Virus record (IMG/VR): IMGVR_UViG_3300043568_000079
Location: 1-64,000 of that record
Source: an uncultured virus (IMG/VR IMGVR_UViG_3300043568_000079)
Lineage: Duplodnaviria; Heunggongvirae; Uroviricota; Caudoviricetes
Length of the DNA stretch: 64,000 nucleotides
Direction: 5' to 3' (one strand)
The position numbers and the translations under genes are program-made. How positions within the stretch are numbered: the stretch's first letter is position 1; every line of letters begins with the position of its first letter. A model generated the notes under the pieces. That model saw only the letters and a program-made list of their open reading frames with translations. It did not search any database and was not told the origin of the DNA. Below, piece by piece: positions 46,417 to 55,288 of the stretch.

Positions 46417-48703
46417 AGCCGCCAGAACCAGTCTTTATAGGGTTCCCAGAACCATCAGTTACAATGCCGCCTGTGCCAGATTGTACAGTTGCTCCTTGCA
46501 ATTGCCCTAAGAAACACTCGTAATAACCCTTCTTTTTAGCTTTAATATCGGCTGTGTTAAATCCAACAGACTTACAGGCAGCTTCAAAATAGTTAGGATC
46601 TGTTTGTGCAACTTTGCATCTGTCAAGCATATACTTGACACTGACTTCGGCTGCTATAGCAGGATTAGAAAGCAAGGACGGATTGCCTAAAAGATCCTGT
46701 CCTACCATAGTTCCGTATTTAGAATAGTTTGCTCGACCAGTTAATTGAATGTAGCCGCGTCCAATATATTTTCCGCCGTCGCCGGCTTGTGTATTGCCTA
46801 GACCTTTACCTTTGGCAGTTGTATAACCGTATAGAAACTCAGGTAAACTATTATTAGGATTGCCTGCATATTGTTGAGCAAGAGCTTTATCGCCTTTAAA
46901 CACACTAGGGAATACTTGTAACAATCTATCTGCTGAATAATTAAACCCTTCATTAACTAACTTCCATCGACATTCACCGCCTGCGATACCTAACAAAGAT
47001 GCTACTGCATACGGACTTGTTAAACCATATTTTGCGCAGGCTGCTTTAAGAGCTGCAATACCCGGAGCCGAAGAACTAGCATTGATATCTTTAGCATACT
47101 CTGGACTACATGTTCCTGCTACTACTTCTTCTTGGTTTGCAGGCTCTTGACTTCCTGTGGCAGGATTTGGTGCTACACCGCCTGCACTCCTGTCTGCAAG
47201 AGTTGCATCAGTTGCCGCAGGTGTAAATTTAGAAGGGTTAATATTTTCGTGCTGATCCCACGGCTCATGTGTAGGAACTCGTTGCATAATACTCTTAATG
47301 CTATTCCCCTTATAGAATACACTATTTGCCCAACCAGCGGCGGCACTTCTATTAGGTAATGTAAACAATGGTAGGTCTGGTGGTGTTTCTGCAGTATCTG
47401 CAGGTGTAGGTGCGGCGGCGGATGGACCGTTTAAGTGAATTGCCGAACCGGATGCTATAATATTTCCATTAGCTCCCAGGTTTAATTGCCCCGCTGTGCC
47501 TATGCTAATAGTGCCCTCTGCCCCAAAATTTATTGTTGCACCTGCACTGGATTTAATATCGTTTGCTACATTAAGATTGTAAGAATTTGCAATGCTTACT
47601 TTTGTAAGACCGCCAATAGTTTCATCGTGGGTACCTCTAACAGATATCTTTTGATCTTGATCAACTGTTAGATAATTGTATCCTGTGATATTAGTTTCCA
47701 TGTTCTTGCCGGCACGCACATGAATATTACGACCTGCTTCTATGTTAATATCACGGTCGGCTCGGAAGTTAAAATCTTGTTCACTGTGAATGCTAACGCT
47801 GTCTGCTGCATATATATCAATCTTACCATTGCTGGTCATTTCAATCCATGCTGTACCTTTACTATTAGCAATGTAGATTAGGTCTTGACTGTTGTGCATC
47901 AAGATTTGATGTCCAGTTCTTGTACGCAATCTAACTAATTCATTTTGTCCATTAACATCCCCGTCATCCATAACAAAGGTAGTTCCTCCGAGTCTGCTTA
48001 CAGGTGCTTGAGCATTACCTTCATAACCAATTCTACCTCGACGGGCTCCGGGACTATCATCTAATGGACCAGGTGTGCTAATGCCAAATACTCCGCTAGG
48101 TACTTCTCGGCGAGCACTACTCGACGTAACACCGCGAATTGTATCTAGCAATAATCCTTGTTGTAATAACCTATCGGCAAAAGGATGCACAGGTTTTGCA
48201 AAACGATCAGGATTAGGGTTTTCTAATTTTTTAGAACTCTTGTGAAACTCTGCAACTGGCAGATAATCAGTTCCGTACTTTCTTCTTTGTTCATCTGTTA
48301 GTGCAGTTTGCTTTGTGGCTGCAATTCCCGGAGTCATGTGATTCTGGAATATGTCTTGTACGCATCCAAAAAAGTAACCTTGATTAGGGTCTCCGTCTAT
48401 GAACAGGACCATAACTGTTGTTCCAACATCCGGCGGAACCATCCACATTCCGTAACTTTTTTGTACATCATTAAAGTCACTGCTGTTAGTACCTTCGTAT
48501 CTAATAGATGTTGTTCCTGCAAAGGGACTTAGATATCTAACTACATAAGTTTCGCCCTTTTCTTTAGTGGAACTGGGCATGCCTTTTAAAAGTGCAACTT
48601 CAAGACAGCCCATGTATGTAGGGTCAAGGTGGTTTGTTACTTCTGCTAGGAAAGGACCTGGGGAAGGCAACGGTGACCGCGATCTGGTTTCAAAAGACGC
48701 CAT
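46415..48703 (-). CDS. Baseplate hub/spike (gp5/VgrG-like) with C-terminal GH19 peptidoglycan hydrolase
   Basis: OB-fold motifs (DP..MG.L.V; PPDVGT.V.V.F), beta-helix repeats, GH19 motif GRGYIQLTGRANY. Confidence 0.85.
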   Translation of the reverse strand: MASFETRSRSPLPSPGPFLAEVTNHLDPTYMGCLEVALLKGMPSSTKEKGETYVVRYLSPFAGTTSIRYEGTNSSDFNDVQKSYGMWMVPPDVGTTVMVLFIDGDPNQGYFFGCVQDIFQNHMTPGIAATKQTALTDEQRRKYGTDYLPVAEFHKSSKKLENPNPDRFAKPVHPFADRLLQQGLLLDTIRGVTSSSARREVPSGVFGISTPGPLDDSPGARRGRIGYEGNAQAPVSRLGGTTFVMDDGDVNGQNELVRLRTRTGHQILMHNSQDLIYIANSKGTAWIEMTSNGKIDIYAADSVSIHSEQDFNFRADRDINIEAGRNIHVRAGKNMETNITGYNYLTVDQDQKISVRGTHDETIGGLTKVSIANSYNLNVANDIKSSAGATINFGAEGTISIGTAGQLNLGANGNIIASGSAIHLNGPSAAAPTPADTAETPPDLPLFTLPNRSAAAGWANSVFYKGNSIKSIMQRVPTHEPWDQHENINPSKFTPAATDATLADRSAGGVAPNPATGSQEPANQEEVVAGTCSPEYAKDINASSSAPGIAALKAACAKYGLTSPYAVASLLGIAGGECRWKLVNEGFNYSADRLLQVFPSVFKGDKALAQQYAGNPNNSLPEFLYGYTTAKGKGLGNTQAGDGGKYIGRGYIQLTGRANYSKYGTMVGQDLLGNPSLLSNPAIAAEVSVKYMLDRCKVAQTDPNYFEAACKSVGFNTADIKAKKKGYYECFLGQLQGATVQSGTGGIVTDGSGNPIKTGSGG

Positions 48704-48707
48704 ATTC

Positions 48708-51700
48708 TTATCCCAATGTATTCCTATTAATTAATTTGTCTAACGGACTGTTGCCAGCTGAAATACTGCCAAATTTACTTGTAACGGAATCAACTAGTCC
48801 TTGACCCGGAACTAACGATTGTCCAGTAACATTTGCAATCTGTGATCTTGCAGTTAAGACTTTGTCAGCTGATATATTTGTATCAATGCTATTTAATCTT
48901 CCTGTGAACCCAGACAAAGGATTATACTGTGCAGCAAATTCTTTGACAGCAGATAAATTCGGACTAGGTGCAACTGAGTATGGAGACGTTGCAGGCAAAT
49001 TAGAAATTTTTGCAGATGGAATATAATCTAATACAACACCAGAATCAACTGCTTGACTTAGATTAACATCGGCAGGAGCTTTACTGATCATGTTTTTAAC
49101 TTGATCGAGAGACTTACTGGATAGATTTGGACTCAGTCCAGATAATGCAGATGCGCTCAATCCCAGTGCTGCGCCCAGGGCCGCAGGATCAGCAGGTGTT
49201 CCGGATAATGATTTTACCTTGTCTCCTATGCCAGACGCATATTCTCCAGCTTTCTTTCCTAGTCCAACTACGGTGTCTACTGCATTTGTTCCTAGAGATT
49301 TTAATGTACCTAAAGAATCTGAAATACTGCCAACTGGAAGTGCAGCTGAATTAATGGTATTCCCATATTGTATATCTTGAGCAGTCGGATCAACGGGTAA
49401 AGAAGATACTTTAGGAATAGAAACTGTTGCTCCTTCTCCTATACCAGAACCTTGATTTGATTTTTTTAATAACGAAGCAATTGCAGTTCCTGCGGCTGCT
49501 CCTGCTAGAACCCCTACAGCACGTTTAATAGGAACATTACCAGTTACCACATTTGCAGCAACCGCTAACATAGCAGCCGTTCCTAAATTATTTTGACCCA
49601 GTGCAGTTAATCCAGATGAATTTAATCTAACATTTGACAACATATCTGTAGGCAATGGACTTCCTATAATAGAATTTCCTCTGCTAACTAAGCCCATTGT
49701 TTGATTTAACAAGTTAGGTGAAGCTCCACTAAGTCCGCCTGGTGAATTTGTAAAGTTGCTTGGCTGGTTAGGTAATCCCGGAGAAGGAATTCCCCTGTCT
49801 AGTTGTTCATACAAATTCGTATCTAGTCGTTGAGAAGGCGACCTTGCAGTCGAAGTATCTTCTTTAACTCCGTCTTCTGGATCAGGTGTTGATGTTAGAT
49901 ACACTGAAGGATCAGTTGCCTTCACGCTGTAATCTAAAACTTGCCCAGGAACTCTAATTACGTTTAATCTCTGTTTAAATGCACCTTCTTTAAAAGTATG
50001 AGTAGCTTGAGTTACCATGTATACTCCGCTGAACGGAATTCTATTTGCATCAAAAAACATCATACCGCCTTGTTCAAAAGGCATTATGTCAATAGGATTT
50101 CTAAAGTTGATAGTAATCATCAACTGTCCCTGATTAAACGCTGCTTCTCCACCCTTTAACGAACCGTTGCCTACAGGAGCAGGATTGTAACTACCCATGC
50201 CTCCTGTAACAAGATAGAACGGATCTCCTAGAATTTCTAATTCTCCGGTTAACATACTAGCCTGACTGTTTACCACGGCGTTGTGCATGTTTCTTGCTAA
50301 TATACTATAAGGATCATCTAATGGCTGACTAGCATTGCCTCCGTAAGATTGTAACTGTGTAGTGACAACTTTTTTAGGATGCATCGGAACTTGAAGTTTT
50401 GAAGCATCTTCATTGCTAGGACTAGCCTGACTGGTTTTTACATTATTGTCATTGCCGGCTGCTGTTTTTGCTTCAACTGAATCTTTATTTCCCATTGCTG
50501 CTGGAACAGCTTCAAAAAATAACGTATTAAAATTCAACTTAAATGATATAACATCTACATTTTGTCCTGTGTAGATATAGTTGTATTCTCGACGGCTTAA
50601 TTTTTTTAATTCCTTTTCTTCAATAAAGTTATCAGATAAGTTTGGAATCTTTGTATAATGAACTTTATAAGGAGCAACAATATAATTAATTTTTTGAACA
50701 GGTTTCTTTGTTTCAGTGTTTATTACATCTGTATTTTCTACTTCGATACGTACTGTAAAATATTCAATCATTCCGTACGAATCAATATGTTTTTTGATAT
50801 CTTTTAAGATATTTCTAGTATATTCACTGTCTCGTATAACTGCGGTAATAACTTCGTGAATGTTCATTCCTTCTCCAAACTGAACAACGGTCTTAGAAGG
50901 ATTGTATTTTATACTTTCAGGTTTTTTAGCCTGCTCTTGTGCTGTGGGCTGTTTGCTACCATTAGTTTTATACGCATTTGGTTTATCAGTAGAGCTAGGA
51001 TCTGTTAGACCATATAACGCATTGTCTTTCATTAGTTCTACTAATTTTTCTTTAGAGATCTTATTGTCAGTATCGTATGCCCAGCCTTTGACTTCGTCCC
51101 ATACTGGAAATTTAATTGAATAAAAATCAACTTGAGTTGCATTTCCATCTTTACGAGAATCTTTATGTTCTTTCAATGTCTGATCATTGATACTTTTCAT
51201 GAAGTTTTCAAGAATTTCTTTTACAGTCTGACCTTCCATCTTAATGGGTTTTTTAACTGTGTTAGGTTGGCCAAATGCTCGTTCATTGTACGGAACTGCG
51301 TCAACTCTATAGCGTGTTCCTTTTTCAGAAACATCCACTTCAATGTTGGTAAGACCTATGGGGAAATATCTTTCAGCGTTAGGAATTTTAATCGGATCTT
51401 TGAATTCATCAGTATCGTCATCTGGGTATCCCCAAAATTCAATTTTTAAAACAAACGATGCTTGTAGATAGCTAGGATATCCTGCCGCCAGAGCTGCAAC
51501 ATATAGAGCTTCAATAAACCCATTCATGCTATATGGCTCAACAACATCAAATTTTATTTTAGTAGGTAGACTTAGATTAGATTCTTTACTAAACGACATT
51601 ACTGATTCTATTTCTACATTGTCCATAAAGAAATCAAATCGTCCTGGACTTTCAGAATTAAATTTATCTAAGAATTCAGCTGCATAATTTCTATTAACAT

Positions 51701-52082
51701 ATCCGCTGCCTCTTCCTCCGCCAGCAGTAGTACTAGGTGTTGTTATACCCGAAGTTAAAAAAGAAGAAGTTAATGCAATGCCGTCTGTTCCTTTACCGCC
51801 AGATTTTAAAATTACAAGATCTAATTCACTTTCTCTAAGTTTTTTAGGATCTTTAAGATATTCTTTGTTTAAACCTGCAAGAGTAAAGTTATAGGTTACA
51901 GACCTAAATCCATTCAATACATTTTTTTCGCCAGTTTGTTCTACAAGCTGAGAGGCTTCTTTTTGAAACTTAGACTCACCTGTGTCAGATTTGTTTTCTT
52001 TTTTGTTTGTTTTATTTTCTACCTCAGGAGAAGACCCGCTACCTGTTGCAACCATAATATCGTAACCAGAAAACTCTCCCAT
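48708..52082 (-). CDS. Large baseplate hub-associated protein
   Basis: 1124 aa between gp53-like and gp5-like genes; LEILGDP and SGVYMVT..H.F..G.F.Q.L hub-type motifs; low-complexity C-terminal third. Confidence 0.6.
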   Translation of the reverse strand: MGEFSGYDIMVATGSGSSPEVENKTNKKENKSDTGESKFQKEASQLVEQTGEKNVLNGFRSVTYNFTLAGLNKEYLKDPKKLRESELDLVILKSGGKGTDGIALTSSFLTSGITTPSTTAGGGRGSGYVNRNYAAEFLDKFNSESPGRFDFFMDNVEIESVMSFSKESNLSLPTKIKFDVVEPYSMNGFIEALYVAALAAGYPSYLQASFVLKIEFWGYPDDDTDEFKDPIKIPNAERYFPIGLTNIEVDVSEKGTRYRVDAVPYNERAFGQPNTVKKPIKMEGQTVKEILENFMKSINDQTLKEHKDSRKDGNATQVDFYSIKFPVWDEVKGWAYDTDNKISKEKLVELMKDNALYGLTDPSSTDKPNAYKTNGSKQPTAQEQAKKPESIKYNPSKTVVQFGEGMNIHEVITAVIRDSEYTRNILKDIKKHIDSYGMIEYFTVRIEVENTDVINTETKKPVQKINYIVAPYKVHYTKIPNLSDNFIEEKELKKLSRREYNYIYTGQNVDVISFKLNFNTLFFEAVPAAMGNKDSVEAKTAAGNDNNVKTSQASPSNEDASKLQVPMHPKKVVTTQLQSYGGNASQPLDDPYSILARNMHNAVVNSQASMLTGELEILGDPFYLVTGGMGSYNPAPVGNGSLKGGEAAFNQGQLMITINFRNPIDIMPFEQGGMMFFDANRIPFSGVYMVTQATHTFKEGAFKQRLNVIRVPGQVLDYSVKATDPSVYLTSTPDPEDGVKEDTSTARSPSQRLDTNLYEQLDRGIPSPGLPNQPSNFTNSPGGLSGASPNLLNQTMGLVSRGNSIIGSPLPTDMLSNVRLNSSGLTALGQNNLGTAAMLAVAANVVTGNVPIKRAVGVLAGAAAGTAIASLLKKSNQGSGIGEGATVSIPKVSSLPVDPTAQDIQYGNTINSAALPVGSISDSLGTLKSLGTNAVDTVVGLGKKAGEYASGIGDKVKSLSGTPADPAALGAALGLSASALSGLSPNLSSKSLDQVKNMISKAPADVNLSQAVDSGVVLDYIPSAKISNLPATSPYSVAPSPNLSAVKEFAAQYNPLSGFTGRLNSIDTNISADKVLTARSQIANVTGQSLVPGQGLVDSVTSKFGSISAGNSPLDKLINRNTLG

Positions 52083-52083
52083 A

Positions 52084-52380
52084 TTATATTCCTAATACTT
52101 TTTTAATAGTAGTCATTTTAGGAAGATAGATTTTTGTTCCGGCTTTCATATCATATATTGGATCTTTTAATTTATTTTTGTTTCTAATTGAAAATACCCA
52201 CCACAATCTAGCGTCCTGGTAAAGATCATATGCAAGTAGGTCAGGACGATTCTCATATGTATTTGTAATTTCAAAAAGAATGTCGTCTTTTTCATTAGGA
52301 AGATCCCTGAGACTCATAACATCCAAGTAACCGTTTACAATCTCAGTTCTAAAATATGGACTTTCTTTACTATACGCCAT
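52084..52380 (-). CDS. Baseplate wedge protein (gp53-like, LysM-like)
   Basis: RPDLLAYDLYQDARLWWVF...N...DP. Confidence 0.8.
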   Translation of the reverse strand: MAYSKESPYFRTEIVNGYLDVMSLRDLPNEKDDILFEITNTYENRPDLLAYDLYQDARLWWVFSIRNKNKLKDPIYDMKAGTKIYLPKMTTIKKVLGI

Positions 52381-53204
52381 TATAGATATCCTCGTTTATT
52401 AAAGCCATTGTTATTACTTAGATAATCAGTGACATTAAATCGTTGCATTTCGTTTCTGCTGTACATAGGCAAGCATGTTATGCTTATAGTTGACATAATA
52501 GGAACCGAAGTTGTTCCATATACACTATTTTCAGGCATAGTAAAATAGTCAACCGTATCAGGAAGCTCTACTCTAAAATTAGTAATTGCTACAGGAACAT
52601 TATTAAACATCCATTCTCCATGAGCAAACAATCTACATACCGGTGGCGGAGCTCCGCTATCAAAGTCTCCGGACCTTGCTCCCCCAGATCTCATTTTAGT
52701 CAATGCCTTTAATAAATGAACTGTTGCAATATACATTGCCGCATCATCAGAATTTGAAACAGAAAACTTTCCTGCAATAGAGATACTTCCTATTGACGAC
52801 TTTTGATAAAAATTTATAGGAAAATTAGCATGAAGTGGTGTTTGAGAAGTGTATTCTGCTTTGTACTCTACATTAATTGAAGGTGTGTAGGGGAAAATTA
52901 TACCGTGTAAGTTTGAAACGCCCATCTCATTATTAAGACCTATAGTCTTATTAGTAAGATAGATCGGGGGAACTTTAATTCTAACTCTTAGATCTTTTCC
53001 TAATTTGTTACCATTAACATCTACTATATTAGTTATAACTTTAGGATCAGCAGGTTTGATAGCTCCCGGGGACACTCTGGAAACTATTCGTTTGCCGAAG
53101 CCAGCAGACAATGAACCAAACTGATCGGTGGCGGACAATGAACCAAACTGATCGGTGGCGGCTTGTTGGGTATTTCCTATAATTGATGGAAGGTTAAATG
53201 ACAT
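52380..53204 (-). CDS. Tail tube initiator/baseplate protein (gp48/gp54-like)
   Basis: IFPYTP, GAPPPVCRL, VPVAITNF.V.LP motifs; first gene of the baseplate operon. Confidence 0.6.
   Translation of the reverse strand: MSFNLPSIIGNTQQAATDQFGSLSATDQFGSLSAGFGKRIVSRVSPGAIKPADPKVITNIVDVNGNKLGKDLRVRIKVPPIYLTNKTIGLNNEMGVSNLHGIIFPYTPSINVEYKAEYTSQTPLHANFPINFYQKSSIGSISIAGKFSVSNSDDAAMYIATVHLLKALTKMRSGGARSGDFDSGAPPPVCRLFAHGEWMFNNVPVAITNFRVELPDTVDYFTMPENSVYGTTSVPIMSTISITCLPMYSRNEMQRFNVTDYLSNNNGFNKRGYL
53107..53160. repeat. Perfect 27-bp tandem duplication (2 copies)
   Basis: GACAATGAACCAAACTGATCGGTGGCG at 53107-53133 and 53134-53160; encodes ATDQFGSLS twice. Confidence 0.95.
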
Positions 53205-53225
53205 TTGTATTTTTCCTATGTATGG

Positions 53226-53241
53226 TATTTACCAATAAATA
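53226..53241. promoter_or_regulatory. Back-to-back late-type promoters
   Basis: GGTAAATA on - (53226-53233) abuts AATAAATA on + (53234-53241). Confidence 0.5.
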
Positions 53242-53258
53242 AAACACTCTTATAATGG

Positions 53259-53288
53259 TTGACATTGCCGTTTCGTACCTGCTACAAT
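53259..53288 (+). promoter_or_regulatory. Sigma70-type promoter for the late sigma gene
   Basis: TTGACA (53259-53264), 18 bp with extended TG, TACAAT (53283-53288). Confidence 0.6.
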
Positions 53289-53313
53289 GTCTTATCAAGG
53301 ATTCATAAAAATA

Positions 53314-54228
53314 ATGACAACAACATTGACCCCTAACGGAAAAAAGGTAAAATACTTAAACAACAGAGACTTATTATCAGAAATACATAGAAGTAAGTGT
53401 TCGTTTTCAAGTTTTACCAAAAAAGAATACAGTCAACACGATATAATTCTATCAAATTTAGATAAAATTAACATACGGACTGTTGCAGATGCAAAGAGGA
53501 ATAAGGCAAAGCGAATGGGACTAGAAGCATTTACGGCTGCTCGTCTATCAGGTGATAAAAAAATTAAACTAGCAGAGTGTACTCCAGACTACACAACTAT
53601 TGCTAAAACTGATTTAGTGTTTCGAATTATGACATTTGAACACATTCCCCTAGCACCGGGCCGCAAGAAGACTACTAAAACAACTGCGGACAGTCATGAT
53701 AAAGTAAATTTTCCGCCATTTCAGCATTGGAAATTTAATGATGGCGGCGAATTAGAATGTGTGGGCAAAAGTCATTGGAAAGGTCCATTAGACACTGGTA
53801 GGTTTAGCAAAGATCACGGACGCATAACTGAAAACTTAGGCAAGATGTTTATCAAACTGAGTGAACGTTATGCTCAAAGATCTAATTGGCGTGGTTATAC
53901 CTATGTTGAAGAAATGCGTGGACAAGCTATTTTACAATTAAGTCAAATTGGTCTACAGTTTGATGAAAGTAAATCAGAAAACCCATTCGCTTATTATACA
54001 GCCGCAGTGACCAACAGCTTTACTCGAGTGCTTAATATTGAAAAGAAAAACCAAAATATCCGTGATGACATGTTAGAATCGCACGGATTGACTCCTAGTT
54101 TAACTAGACAAAATCAACAGGTGTACGCAGAAGAAACTGCTCGTCAGGCTGAATTGTATAAAAACTTTCGTATGCCAAAGAGTGAGGAAGATCCTATTGA
54201 AGGTGAATCTGAAGAAACTGATGTTTGA
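53314..54228 (+). CDS. Late transcription sigma factor (T4 gp55-like)
   Basis: YLNNRDLL; LGKMFIKLSERY...NWRGYTY.EEM...FDESKSENPFAYYT...F...EKK. Start set at 53314 because ATG 53287 overlaps the -10 box. Confidence 0.85.
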   Translation: MTTTLTPNGKKVKYLNNRDLLSEIHRSKCSFSSFTKKEYSQHDIILSNLDKINIRTVADAKRNKAKRMGLEAFTAARLSGDKKIKLAECTPDYTTIAKTDLVFRIMTFEHIPLAPGRKKTTKTTADSHDKVNFPPFQHWKFNDGGELECVGKSHWKGPLDTGRFSKDHGRITENLGKMFIKLSERYAQRSNWRGYTYVEEMRGQAILQLSQIGLQFDESKSENPFAYYTAAVTNSFTRVLNIEKKNQNIRDDMLESHGLTPSLTRQNQQVYAEETARQAELYKNFRMPKSEEDPIEGESEETDV

Positions 54229-54253
54229 CTTTGCTTGAACAAATCTATACACT
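54225..54253 (+). promoter_or_regulatory. Sigma70-type promoter
   Basis: TTGACT (54225-54230), 17 bp, TACACT (54248-54253); SD AGGAG before 54275. Confidence 0.55.
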
Positions 54254-54274
54254 GTTAGATAGGAGAACAACAAT

Positions 54275-55288
54275 ATGAACCTTTTTAAAAAAGTAGCCTG
54301 TTTTACTGACATACATTTTGGACTCAAGTCTAACAGTAGTACTCATTTACGAGATTGTGAAGAATTTGTAGATTGGTATATCGAAAACGCTAAAAAAGAA
54401 GGGTGCGATACTGGAATCTTTTTAGGAGACTGGTCACATAATCGAAATAGTCTCAACTTGATCACGCTGGATACCAGTATCCGATGCTTGGAAAAACTAG
54501 GAGCTGCTTTTGAGCAGTTCTTCTGGTTTCCGGGCAATCACGATTTGTTTTACAAAGATAAAAGAGATATCCATAGTAGTGCATTTGGAAAACACATTCC
54601 CGGAATGACCGTAATCGACGGCGTAACAACTATCGGCGATGTTACACTTGTGCCGTGGTTGGTAGGTGAAGAGTGGAAAACTATCAGTCAAGTTAAGAGC
54701 AAATACATGTTCGGACACTTTGAATTGCCCTTATTCTATATGAATGCTATGGTACAGATGCCTGATCATGGTGAATTGCAAGCTAGTCACTTCAAACATC
54801 AAGACTATGTGTTCAGCGGACACTTCCATAAGCGTCAACAGCGTGATAAAATTGTCTACATTGGTAATGCTTTTCCACATAACTTTGCAGATACAGGCGA
54901 TGATGCCCGAGGTATGATGGTTATGGATTGGGGTGGGGAACCTAAATTCATCGACTGGCCTAACTGTCCTAAGTATCGTCATGTTAAACTAAGCGACTTA
55001 ATTGACAAGAAGGACGATATCATGAAGGGCAAGATGCACCTTAAAGTCAGTCTTGACATCGATATCAGTTACGAAGAAGCAAACTTTATCAAAGAAACCT
55101 TTACTCAAGAGTATGACATCAGAGAAATCAGTCTTATTCAAGATAAAATTAACTTAGAAGGCAACATTGATGACAATCCGGACACTAAATTTGAAAGTGT
55201 GGACCAGATTGTATCAGAACAACTAGTTAATATTGAATCTGACCAATTCGATAAGGCAGTTTTACTAGACATTTATAATAATCTATGA
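54275..55288 (+). CDS. Recombination nuclease (T4 gp47 / Mre11-SbcD)
   Basis: Metallophosphoesterase motifs TDIHFG, LGD, GNHD, GHFE, SGHFH. Confidence 0.93.
   Translation: MNLFKKVACFTDIHFGLKSNSSTHLRDCEEFVDWYIENAKKEGCDTGIFLGDWSHNRNSLNLITLDTSIRCLEKLGAAFEQFFWFPGNHDLFYKDKRDIHSSAFGKHIPGMTVIDGVTTIGDVTLVPWLVGEEWKTISQVKSKYMFGHFELPLFYMNAMVQMPDHGELQASHFKHQDYVFSGHFHKRQQRDKIVYIGNAFPHNFADTGDDARGMMVMDWGGEPKFIDWPNCPKYRHVKLSDLIDKKDDIMKGKMHLKVSLDIDISYEEANFIKETFTQEYDIREISLIQDKINLEGNIDDNPDTKFESVDQIVSEQLVNIESDQFDKAVLLDIYNNL

Noticed and set aside
28541..51449. Many short + strand ORFs antisense to the structural genes, and similar shadow ORFs elsewhere
   Set aside because: They are fully nested in long motif-bearing genes, with no RBS or recognisable motifs.
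53107..53160. CRISPR mini-array
   Set aside because: Two adjacent copies with no spacer, in frame within a CDS; no cas genes.
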